Of a stretch of DNA of 64,000 bases, positions 49,201 to 60,167 are shown one piece after another. The notes under the pieces were generated by a model. It had not been told where the DNA came from and did not search any database. It was given only the letters and a program-made list of their open reading frames with translations. Numbering within the stretch: position 1 is the stretch's first letter; each line of letters opens with the position of its first letter. Both the position numbers and the translations under genes were made by a program. Source of the DNA: Mobula birostris (Eukaryota). The stretch covers positions 87,005,921 to 87,069,920 of the forward strand of contig NC_092383.1 of NCBI RefSeq assembly GCF_030028105.1, written 5' to 3'.

Positions 49201-52200
49201 ATATTTCTTGTTTTTCACATCATTCTTTGTAAACTCTAGTACTGTTGTCCATGAAAATCCCAGGACATCAACAGTTTCTGAGATACTCAAACCTCCCCTT
49301 CTGGCACCAACTATCATTCTATGGTCAAAGTCCCTAAGGTCACATTTCCTCCCAATTCTGATGTTTGGTCTGAACAACAACTGAACTATTGACCATGTCT
49401 GCATGTTTTTATGTACTGTGTTGCTGCCAGGTGATAGACTAAATAGATATTTGCTTTAACAAGCAGATGCACAGGTGTACCTAATAAAGTGGCAGAGTGT
49501 TTGATTTTCAGATGTTCATTCAGTGTCTGATTGTTGAATTCCTTTCCACAGAACCTGTGTCTGTTCCTGTGCTTCGATATCTGTCACAAGCAAATGTCTC
49601 ACATCTCGGGGGCTCCGTGTTAGTGTCCTGTGAGTCTCTTCATGGATCCCTTCCAATTCAGTACACATGGCATAAAAAAAACTCAACTGTGGATCAAAAG
49701 ATCTCAGACACCAATGAACTGGTTCTACCTCGTCAATCCTCAGATCTCCAGGCCCATCAATATTATTGCAATGCCTCAAATAGGCTTGGAATAAAATCCA
49801 GTGGAGTAGTAAATGTGACAATCTTCAACAATGGAGAGTTCTGTTGTTATGAACAGAAAAATAATGGCACCAGTAAGTTCTACTTTCAAGAGAGGATACA
49901 TGTAAATATTTATTTTGTTACTTTGTTATTGCTGCTCTTATACTTCTCGTGAGGGTAAGGAATTTCTTTGCATTTGTAGAAGCTACGAATTGCAGCCATC
50001 ATGGGGTAGAAATAAAGTGTAGTGAACAGTTAAGTCTGTCACTTCCTCCTGGAACATGTAGAGCATCACAAAGATAGTTGGACTTGCACATCCAGACATA
50101 TTGAGAGCCTTTCATTCATACTTCCAGCTTCTGCATAGAAGCTGCTCGAATGAGTGTTGAGCTGTGAGACAGGTGACACTGCCATAAAAACAAAAGGAAG
50201 GATATATCATAGAGCAAAAAATTATGGTGAGTTAGAGAATTGGGGAGCTTTTAAAAAGCAGAAGAAGGCAACAAGAAAATTATAAAGAGAGAAAAGATGA
50301 AATAAGAAGGAAAATGGAGACCAAGAGAATTACAGATATTTGAAGAGTAAAGAGAAACAAGATTGGATATCAGATCACTGGATAATGATGCTGAAGAAGT
50401 AATTTTGAGGGACGAAGAAATGGAGGATGAACTTATTCAGTATTTTGCATAATTTAAAGTAAAGCTCATTAATTTGTTAATTAGCAAGGGCATGAATGGT
50501 TATGGGAGAATGCAGGTGTGTTGGATTGAGAGGGATAATAAACCAGCCATGATGGAATGATGGAGTGGTAAGATTGTATGGGCCGAATGGCCTAATTCTT
50601 CTCCAATGTCTAATGGTCCCATTGTCTTATGGTCATCATTAGCTTTAGAATTTCCTGAGTACAGGAATGCCTGTCGTAGGTGAGAAACAGGCCGATGTTC
50701 AGCTTGACGCTCCGCAAGGCTGATTTATCTCTGTGCTGAACTAAGGCTGTGACCTGCAATTAACGGGCTCCTGAATCGTCTGAAGTGATGACTGGCATTG
50801 TGTCTGTGACTCACTTTTGTGAATTTCAGTTCTGAATATAATTTGCTTACTTTTATGGTTTGCATGAGTTTTTTTTCTGCACATTGTGTTTTTGGCAGTT
50901 TATTTTTCATGTATTCTATTTGGTTTCATTGTTTTGTGGCTGTCTGTGAGGGGACAAATCTTAAGGCTGTACATAGTATAAATACTATGTATCTATGTAT
51001 TAAATGTACTTTGAACTTTGAAGTTTGAAAGGTCACACCAATGCAATGGCATAGAATTCTGAATTTAACCTTTCAAAAGTGTGGTCCAGTTCAGAGAGGA
51101 TGCAGCAGAGTCACAGAGTTACAGGTTATGGAAACAGGGGCTTTGGCCCAAGTCCACAATGTCTTCCTGAGCGTCTCCCATTTCCCTACATTTGGCCCAT
51201 ATCCTTCTAAAGCTTTTCTGTAAATGAACTTGTCCAAATGAATTTTAGATAGTGTATTTGTACCCACCTCGAGCACTTCCTCTGGCAGCCTTTTCCACGT
51301 ACAAACTGCCCTGTGTGGAAGACACTGCCCCTCCAGGCCCTCTAAAACAGGAGAGTTCAATTCCATCAGCCATTCCTTTGACCACTTTCCTAGTTCAAAG
51401 TTCAAAGTAAAGTTATTGTCAAGAGATGTGCACTAAAAACAAGCTAGAGAATCATTTTTTGCAGTTGCCTAGAAAACAAAGAAACAAAATAGAATGCATG
51501 ACAAACCATACCATATAACCATATAAAAATTACAGCACGGAAACAGGCCATCTTGGCTCTTCTAGTCTGTGCCGAACTCTTACTCTCACCTAGTCCCACT
51601 GAACTGCACTCAGCCCACAACCCTCCATTCCTTTTCTGTCCAGACAGCTTTCCAATTTAACTTTAAATGACATCGAACCTGCCTCAACCACTTCTGCTGG
51701 AAGCTCGTTCCACACAGCTACCACTCTCTGATTAAAGAAGTTCCCCCTCATGTTACCCCTAAACTTTTGCCCTTTAACTCTCAACTCATGTCCTCTTGTT
51801 TGAATCTCCCCCACTCTCAACAGAAAAAGCCTATCCACGTCAACGCTATCTATCCCCCCTCATAATTTTAAACACCTCTATCAAGTCCTACCTCAACCTT
51901 CTACACTTCAAAGAATAAAAGACCAAACTTGTTCAACCTTTCTCTGTAACTTAGGAGATGAAACCCAGGTAACATTCTAGCAAATCTTCTCTGTACTATC
52001 TCAATTTTATTGACATCTTTCCTATAATTCGGTGACCAGAACTGTGCACAATACTCCAAATTTGGCCTTACTAATGCCTTGTACAATTTCAACATTACAT
52101 CCCAACTCCTATACTCAATGCTCTGATTTATAAAGGCCAGCATACCAAAAGCTTTCTTCACCACCCTATCCACATGAGATTCCACCTTCAGGGAACTATG

Positions 52201-55200
52201 CACTATTAATCCTAGCTCCCTCTGTTCTACTGCATTCTTCAATGCCCTACCATTTACCATGTATGTCCTATTTTGATTAGTTGTACCAAAATGTAGCACC
52301 TCACATTTATCAGCATTAAACTCCATCTGCCATCTTTCAGCCCACTCTTCTAACTGGCCTAAATCTCTCTGCAAGTTTTGAAAACCTACTTCATTATCCA
52401 CAACTCCACCTATCTTAGCATCAGCTGCATACTTACTCATCCAATTTACCACCCCATCATCCAGATCATTAATATATATGACAAACAACATTGGACCCAG
52501 TACAGATCCCTGAGGCACACCACTAGACACCGGCCTCCAATCTGACAAAGACTGACAAACATTTAATGTGCAAAGGAGGATGAATCATTCAAGTAATAAA
52601 AATATATAAACAAACAATACATGGAACATGAGACACAGAGTCCCTGAAAGTGAGTCCACAGCTGCGGTGTCAGTTCAGTGCAGAGGAGAGTGACACTGGT
52701 CCTGGCATAGGACCCAGGATCCTGCTCCTCCCTCTCAATGGTAGTACTGTGAAGAGAGGGAGATGGGACAAATACAGGCAGATGAGTTGGGCTCAGGTGG
52801 GGGAATCGTGCTGGCAAAGAGAAATGGGGCTGAACACTGGTTTGTTTTCCAGATCTCTTTGTAGACTTGGACAACACTTTCCACTGTCCATCACATTGCA
52901 GTGACATCAACAACCAATCGTGTCACCTACATTATCATTACAAATTATTATTATTGATGACAAATAACAGTGGTTAACAGATAACAACACTGATCCTGCC
53001 TGATGGTACTCTCACTGGTGATAAAGTCTGATGTTGTCATAAAACCAACACCTCATTACCACAATCTGATTCCTTCCACTAAGCCTATTCAGTATCCATC
53101 CAGCTACAGTAGTTTACCATGTAATCTCACAAATAGATCAGTCTACTATGCAAGACCTTGTCAAAGGCTATGCTAAACTCTATTGCCCTGTCCTCATCAG
53201 ACCCTTTGATCATTGCTTCAAAATTCTCAATCATATTTTTTTCAATGATTTCCCATGCACAAAATTATGTTAACTATCCAAAATCAAATCGTGCCTTTGC
53301 AAATTCAAGTAGATCCTGTCCTATATAATCACCGCCTGTAATTTACCTGCCACTGATCTTATGCTCACCTGCCTGGAATGGGACTGGATCAGTAATCTAT
53401 TGACTCAGAATTGTGGAAGCACACTGGGACATTAGTGGGCAGTGACAATGATGACTCCAATCAAATAAAAATCATTACTTCTGAAGAGCTGGGAGCAAGT
53501 GATGAGGGACGATGCTGTTTTCTTCTCAGTCAATGTGGAATTCAATTACACCATTTGACAGTGTGGCAGATTCCATAGAACACAGCGACAAATTTAAATA
53601 AAATGTCCTTTCTTATTATTTTTGTGTTCCTTATCTTATTGTGTTTATTTTTGTGTTACAAGGGACCAGAGTACAAAAATTTCATTCTCCTTTACACTTT
53701 TGTACAGGAAATGACAGTAAACAACATAGAATCTTGAATCTGCTTGTGTGAATTTGATTTTACCTGTCCATTTCCCCCAGTTTTACGTGCTTTACGGGCA
53801 AAAGATAAAGTAAGAGGATATGTGGGAAGAGCAGTCACAATCAACTGTCACTATGCACCAGTGTACCGTTCACACACAAAGTATTTGTGCTTCATGTGGG
53901 GTCACCAATGCACATCGTTAGTGAATACAAATGGGCAAAATGAGCAGTGTGGAAGAATGTCAATCAGAGATAATACATACCAGGGAAAAAGTGAATAATT
54001 TCCCAGAGCTAAAATATTGTTATGATCTCCCATTCCACCAGCTGGTCTGACCGTGTGTTCCATGCAGTTACTACCTCATTGTAAAAAAAAACTTGTTTCT
54101 CAAACATCATTTAAACTTGCCCCTAATCATCTTAAAACTATGCTCACAATTATTTGATATTTCAACCCTGGGAAAAAGATTCTGACCATCTATCTATGAC
54201 TTCTATAACTTTATAAACTTCTACCACATCTCTTCTCAGCCTCTGACTCTCCAACGAAAACACACCAAGATTGTCCAAATACTGCCCACAGCTTATACAC
54301 TCCAGCGCTGGTAACATTTATTTAGTCATTCATTTATTAATTCATCATCTATCAATCTATCCAGCTAGCTCACTATTTATTTATTTATCTATCTATTTAT
54401 CGGTTTTGTTTATTTATTGAGGAAGAGCGCGGAATAGGCCTTTCTAGCCCTTCAAGTCCTGTCACCCAGCTTCTCCAGATTTAACTCAAGCCAAAACACT
54501 GGACAATTTTCAATGACTAATTAACCCACTAACCGGTACTTCTTTAGACTGTGGGATGAAACCGGAGCACCGAGAGTAAACGCCTGCAGTCACGGGGAGA
54601 ATGTACAAACACCTTACAGCCAGTGGCAGGAATTGAACCCGGGTTGCTGGGACTGTAAAACATTGTGGTAACCATCGTGTTACCATGCCAACCCTGGTGA
54701 CATCATGGTGAGCCTCCTTACCCTCTCCAAAACCTCAACATCCTTCCTATAGTGTTGCAACCAGAAATACATATTATGATCCTAATGTGACCTAATCAAT
54801 GTTTTATGAAGCTACAAAATGCCTTGTCAGCTTTAGTCTCCAACATGTAGAATGAAGAAGGCAAATGTGCAGAATGCTTTCATTACCATTATGTCCACTT
54901 GTGTTGCCACTTTCAGGGAGCAATTGACTTGAACCCCAAGAACTCTCTGTACATCAATTCTAAAGGGATCCCGATATTAAATTCCAGGTGACATCAAACT
55001 TCCCTAATGTATGAGGAGTGTTTGAAGGCTCTGGGCCTGTACTTGCTGGAGTTTAGAAGAATGAGGGAGGATCTCATTGAAACCTATCAAGAATTGAAAA
55101 TTTCAGTGGATGTAGAGAGGATGTTTCCAATAGTGCGAGCATCTAGGTCTAGAGGGCACAGACTCAGAATAGATGAACGTCCTTTAAAAGAGAGTTAAGG

Positions 55201-58200
55201 AGGAATTTTGTGAGGCAGAAGCTGATGAATATGTGGAATTCATTGCCAAAGTAAACTGTGGGTATATTTAAAGTGGAGTTTGATAGGTTATTGATTATAG
55301 GGTGTCAAAGGTTACAGAGAGAAAGAAGGAGAATAGATTTAGAGGGATAATAAATCAGCCATGATGGAATGGTGGAGCAGACTCAATGGGCTGAATGGCC
55401 TAATTCTGCTCCTACGTACTAACAGGTTCCCTTCCTGCTGTAGGCCACTGAAACAATTACAATTATACTCTCTCCCTCAAGTCGCCACTCAGTTTGTATT
55501 TATCTAACAATTTTCTGCTTTCACATAATGGGGAGTTTTCCTGGACACCCACAAATGCTGCCTTTGCAGAGTCAAGCTGTTAGGTGCCACTTTTAGACTG
55601 TCTCCTTACTGCTGAGAGAGAGTGACTGACATAGTGTCTTCACTGCTGTTCTGTTCTGGAGCTATGTTGTGTTCTGGAATAATGCCAGACATGGCAGTTC
55701 AGGCAGCTCTGAGGATGCAGAGACCCAGTGGAGTAGATGAGCTGCTGAGGTTCCAAACTGGTGGGTCCTGCTTGAGATACAGAACTGCTGAAATCTTTTG
55801 TGTGCTTGATTTTCAGATGTCACTGATTCTTTTCCACAGAAAATATGTCTGTTCCTTTGCTTCGATTTTCACCACAAACAAATGGCTCAAGTTGTGGGGA
55901 CTCCGTGTCAGTGTCCTGTGAGTCTGCCAATGGATCCCTTCCCATTCAGTACTCATGGTATGAAAAGACCCCATCCATGGATTTAAATATATCTAATACC
56001 AATAAACTGGATCTACTTTGCCAATCCTTAAAATACAACACCCATCTGTATTATTGCAAAGCCTCAAATGCTAATGGAGAGAAGTCCAGTGACGTATTCA
56101 ATGTATCCATCTCCAACAGTGTCAGCACCTGCAGATATGTGATTGAAGTCAACAGCATGGGTAAGTGGTGCATGGTTTGATTCTTTCTGATGGCCAATGG
56201 AGTACAACTGAATGACTGATTTGTGCTGGATATTGTGTTGTTGGAACTTCACTCAGGAGCATGGAGTGTCTGTTGTCACCACCTTTCAGAGAATGAAAAG
56301 CCTTTCGACACAGCAGTCCAAACGTAAGCCTCTCAGCACAGGGTCTCGTGCCACTGATCTGCTCTCATTGGCTGGGTGTGAATGTGTCTCGTCTGGTAAT
56401 ATTTATGTCATTAATTAAGATAGTACTTGTAAGGTAACCCACTTCAAAGCTCAAAGTAAATTTAAATTATGTGTATATATCACCATGTACTACCCTGAGA
56501 TCCATTTTCCTGAAGACATTCACAGTAGGAACTTTTGCAATAGATACAAATAAATAAGACAGAATCAATTAAAAACTACACACATCAAAGATGGACAAAC
56601 AACCAATGTACAAAAGAAGACAAACTGTACAAATACAAATGAAAGAAATTACTAACAAGCAAATAAATAAATAATATTGAGAACATAAGTTGCAGAGTCC
56701 TTGAAAATGAGTCCATTGGTTGTGGAATCAGTACAGTGCTGAAGTGAGCAAAGTTATCCGCATTGGTTCAGGAGCCTGATTGTTGAAGGATAATAACTGT
56801 TTCTCAACCTGGTGGTGCGAGACCTCCTTCTCAATGGCAGCAGTGAGAGGAAACATGGCCTGGATTGCAGCAGTCCTCGATGGTGGGTGCTGTTTTCTCA
56901 TGGCAGGGCTCCTTGTAGACTTTTACCCATATTTGCTCATACTGTAATGAGTCATAAAATCAAAGCAGTTGTATCTTGCAAATAGTAAGAGTACGCAAAT
57001 AACATTCAGGGCTGAAGTTTATGAAAGTGAGTCCACAGCCATGAAGCCAGTCACAGCTGGTCGAGGACCCATCAGTTGCAGGCCACAGCCTCAGTTCAGC
57101 ACAGAGATGAGTAAACCTTGCACAGCAGTTAGCCCCAGATCAGACTGTCCCTCTTGTCCAGCCCTGACACCCTGACCTTTTCAATCTGTCCAGATGCTGA
57201 ACTCGGCCAAACAGCAGGTCATTCCTTGTTCTCGGACCCAGTCTCTACCTCTCAATACACTCTCATGCCTGGGTCCCGCTGCCCCAATTCAGCTCGTACG
57301 AGAACTTTCCATTCTGGACCGAAGGTTAAATCGACCAGACTTTGACTTGTTCCTTGCTCTCGGGCCACTGATATGGTGTGCAGATTTGGTCTGATGAAAG
57401 ATTTTATTGTTATGGAAGGAGGCAAGCAAAGGATCAGCAAACTGATTTCTGGAGATCATAGGGTTTATTGCAAGGCAGAAAGTAGGCAATCACCAATAAT
57501 AGAGGAATGGTGATGGAAAATTGATGTGATTGAAAACCAATAAATCTCCAGGTTCTGATACTCTATGTCCCAGAGAACATAAGGAATTAGCGAGAAAAAT
57601 ATAGATGTGTTGCTGGCCATTTCTCCCCAATGGATTGGAGAGAAGTTAACCACTCTATTTTAAAAAGTATGTACAGAGAAAAGAGAGAATGATAGAGCAA
57701 TTAGCCTGACATTGGTATCAGGAAATGTGGTGAAGAGAACAAAAGACAAAACCAATGTACTGGATTGGCCTTGTGTTTCTTTGTGCCCATTATAAATTCC
57801 CCCATTTCTGTCTGTTAGATATCCTATATTTTAATTAATCTTCTCTTCACATGCCTATTGAAGTTTTCATGCAGGTATACATGTTCCCTACAAACTTGCT
57901 CACGTTCTATGTTTTCAATGTTTTAATCGATTACTTTGTTTTGCTTTGAATTCTAAACTACTTCAAATACTCAGCTTTGTTGCTTTTGCAGAACATGACG
58001 CATTTCGTTGGATCTAATTGATTCACAGATATGTTTTGAGTGTTGTGTTTGATCATCTAAAAGCTTCTGAGGGGATCACTTTAATGCATGAAATATTCCC
58101 TGAGGGATGATGGAGTTCATGTTGAAAGGGATGTTTCATAGTCTGCAGGGTCCGGAATGGGGACAATTCCAGGAGAATATTGATCATCAGTTTTTTCTTG

Positions 58201-59639
58201 TACATAAGTGTATTTCACTGTGCAGTTTGAACAGATCTTTCAAAAATGAAGAGCTTTATTCAAATATCTGAGTGCTCACTGGAGGGGTAGAAACTGTCCC
58301 ACCAGCTAGAAAATTAAAGAAGTTATATGCATAAAAGATTGTTGCCAGGATTTTTTGACAGCTTCTGAGAATGATGTATCTGTCACAAGTGCAAACGCAA
58401 AATGCCGGACATACATTTTACACACATGTTCTCCCAGTTACTATGTGGGTTCCTCCAGGTGCTCCGGTTTCCTCCCATGCTCCAAAAACACACGTGTTAG
58501 TATTAGTAATGCGTAGGTAAGATACTTTGGCACTGGAAGCATGGAACATTTGCAGCTGCCCCCAGAACAAATTCTGTGTTGGTCTTTGATGCAATTGATG
58601 CATTTCACTGTAAGTTCTGATGTACATGTGGCAAATAAATCTCATTTTAATCTTTATATGTCGCATTGGGTAATAGATCACTTTTGGTCCACCATGATCA
58701 AGTACCCATTGGTCTAACAATTGTGCTCTTTTGATCTTGCAAGTACAAAGCAAGAAACTGAATTTTACTGTCTTTCAACAGGGCCGATTCATTTCTGTGA
58801 AAATACTGGGAAAGAAACGACGACAACTGATTCAACAAATAAAATGTAAAGTACAAGCTTCTCTCTACAGGTGGTTTCAAACAGGCCCACCTGGGAGAGA
58901 AATTTGTTTCTCTATAACTGGTGATAAACATGCTTGGCATAATTAACTTCAATGAAATCATGTATTGGAAACTGAGTATTCCTGATTTTCTTGTCCAGAT
59001 GTCAAAGATAATTTTCTTACACTAAATATTTAATAATTTAATTATAGAAGTTGAAGCTCATGTCCTGAGCCATAAAGTCATTGTTATATATTAGAACAAC
59101 AGGCTCTTCAGCCTGACTCGTCCAAGCCAAACAAGAGTCCAGACAGCCACGAAACAAAGAAAACCATGGGGGCCGTTCTAAGATCGGGTTCGGCTACATG
59201 GTCAGCAATGGTGTCTGTCAGAGAAGAAACCGCCAATCAATCCTTTTATGCAAGAGTTCTGATGAAATGTTTGTAAAGGAACATGGTAGGATTCCTGAAT
59301 GGCCTGGACAGTAGTTATTCTCTAACCTACATCTCTATCATTGGTCATGATCGCATTTCTACTTGTGAGACTTTGGAGTGAACAGATTAGCTGTTGTAAG
59401 TTCCCACACAGTCAACAGTGTGTAATGATAATTTTCTGAGCCGCAGACAACCTGAGCTCATGAAAAATGCTGTGTAAATGTCAGACTTTACAAATGGCCA
59501 AGAATACATGGTGACCCAGGACTGACCCTTTCCTTTTCTTTACCGCAGATACACTTACACACCTATGATCAGTGTCATTGGGATTCTTCTCATACTACTT
59601 GCCGTTTGTCTACTTTGCTACCTGAAGAGAAAAACAGGG
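46241..59639 (+). CDS. Multi-exon CD300/pIgR-like (MDIR-like) Ig-superfamily receptor: L-V-C2-(half V)-C2-stalk-TM; 3' cytoplasmic part unresolved
   Basis: Seven exons with canonical AG/GT sites and matching phases (1,1,1,1,1,2; TM exon ends phase 0). The joined frame is open: 1155 nt without the half-V exon, 1365 nt with it. Family call rests on the V-domain motifs. Confidence 0.8.
46845..47455 (+). mobile_element. Rex1-type 3' fragment in the leader-V intron
   Basis: YRGCIDSILSSCIAAWFGN...CNSFFPQAI; AATAAA followed by a (GACTT)n tail. Confidence 0.85.
48249..48569 (+). CDS. IgV-set exon V1, CD300/pIgR type
   Basis: Acceptor ttccctcag|, donor G|GTAGGT, 321 nt, phase 1-1. Protein has IDCHY...KYWCRGWTRYCSVLV...FTVTMEDL...DTGWYSCGI: the canonical B-F cysteines plus the extra C-C' pair typical of CD300/pIgR/TREM domains. 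Confidence 0.95.
49552..49872 (+). CDS. IgC2-type exon C2a
   Basis: Acceptor tttccacag|, donor A|GTAAGT, 321 nt, phase 1-1; EPVSVPVL...VSCESLHGSLPIQYTW...YYCNASNRLG. Confidence 0.9.
51505..52548 (-). mobile_element. CR1 3' fragment
   Basis: ORFs 51901-52548 and 51590-51838; (accatat)n tail. Confidence 0.9.
53781..53990 (+). pseudogene. Truncated IgV exon V2 (N-terminal half only), possibly still spliced via a cryptic donor
   Basis: Acceptor tttcccccag|; VLRALRAKDKVRGYVGRAVTINCHY...KYLC...CTSLVNTNG...IRDNTYQG, after which V homology stops, with a stop at 53996-53998. Candidate phase-1 donor A|GTGAAT at 53990/53991. Confidence 0.8.
54420..54690 (-). mobile_element. tRNA-derived SINE (V-SINE-like)
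   Basis: Reverse strand reads B-box-like gggttcaattcc, then the core gtgctccggtttcatcccacagtctaaaga. Confidence 0.7.
55840..56160 (+). CDS. IgC2-type exon C2b
   Basis: Acceptor ttttccacag|, donor G|GTAAGT, 321 nt, phase 1-1; paralog of C2a (VSCESANGSLPIQYSW...YYCKASN); several N-x-S/T sites. Confidence 0.9.
58410..58655 (+). mobile_element. SINE (V-SINE-like) 3' part
   Basis: Core gtgggttcctccaggtgctccggtttcctcccatgctccaaa; tail aataaatctcattttaatct. Confidence 0.65.
58782..58845 (+). CDS. Thr-rich stalk exon GPIHFCENTGKETTTTDSTNK
   Basis: Acceptor ttttactgtctttcaacag| (phase 1) and donor AT|GTAAAG (phase 2), matching the phase-2 acceptor of the TM exon. Confidence 0.65.
59549..59639 (+). 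CDS. Transmembrane exon (I)YTYTPMISVIGILLILLAVCLLCYLKRKTG
   Basis: Acceptor tttccttttctttaccgcag|, about 20 uncharged hydrophobic residues then a KRK stop-transfer motif, donor GGG|GTAGGT (phase 0). Confidence 0.8.
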
Positions 59640-60167
59640 GTAGGTTTTGTTTTTCCTTTTTATTTCATGATGGATATGTTAGCTAGCTGCTGAATCTTTA
59701 ACGAACTTGATTTGGCCACAGTCAACAAGAAGCCAGGATTAGAGTGCTGATGTGTTGGTTCACAACACATGAATGAATGGTGTGGTTTCCACTGTAACCT
59801 GGTGACTCCATTATTCTCGAAACGTCGGGCAATGGAATCTCACCTCAAGTGTGGAATAGCAGAGAACCAAGAGGCTGGGTAGAAGAAAGATTTAGATTGT
59901 GTCACCTGTTGTACTCAGTTTTGGGGAATTAGCTGTTGTATTTGAAAATATATTCAATAAGCTGTTCCTCAGTACAAACTCCAATTAAATGCAATCATTT
60001 GGCCGATATATATGTAAAAACATACTCTCGTGGAATTCTCAAAACAAAGGGTGCATCTTTTACCAATCTACCACTCACTGTATATCACTGAATAAAATTC
60101 CATGCTCTCATCGTACAAACTTGTGGTAGATTATGTCATGGGTCGCTTTATTGAGATGATCCTGAGT

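Noticed and set aside
46241-59639. Naming the gene as true pIgR or a specific CD300 ortholog
   Set aside because: pIgR ectodomains are all V-type, whereas this one mixes V and C2; orthology needs a phylogeny, so no symbol is given.
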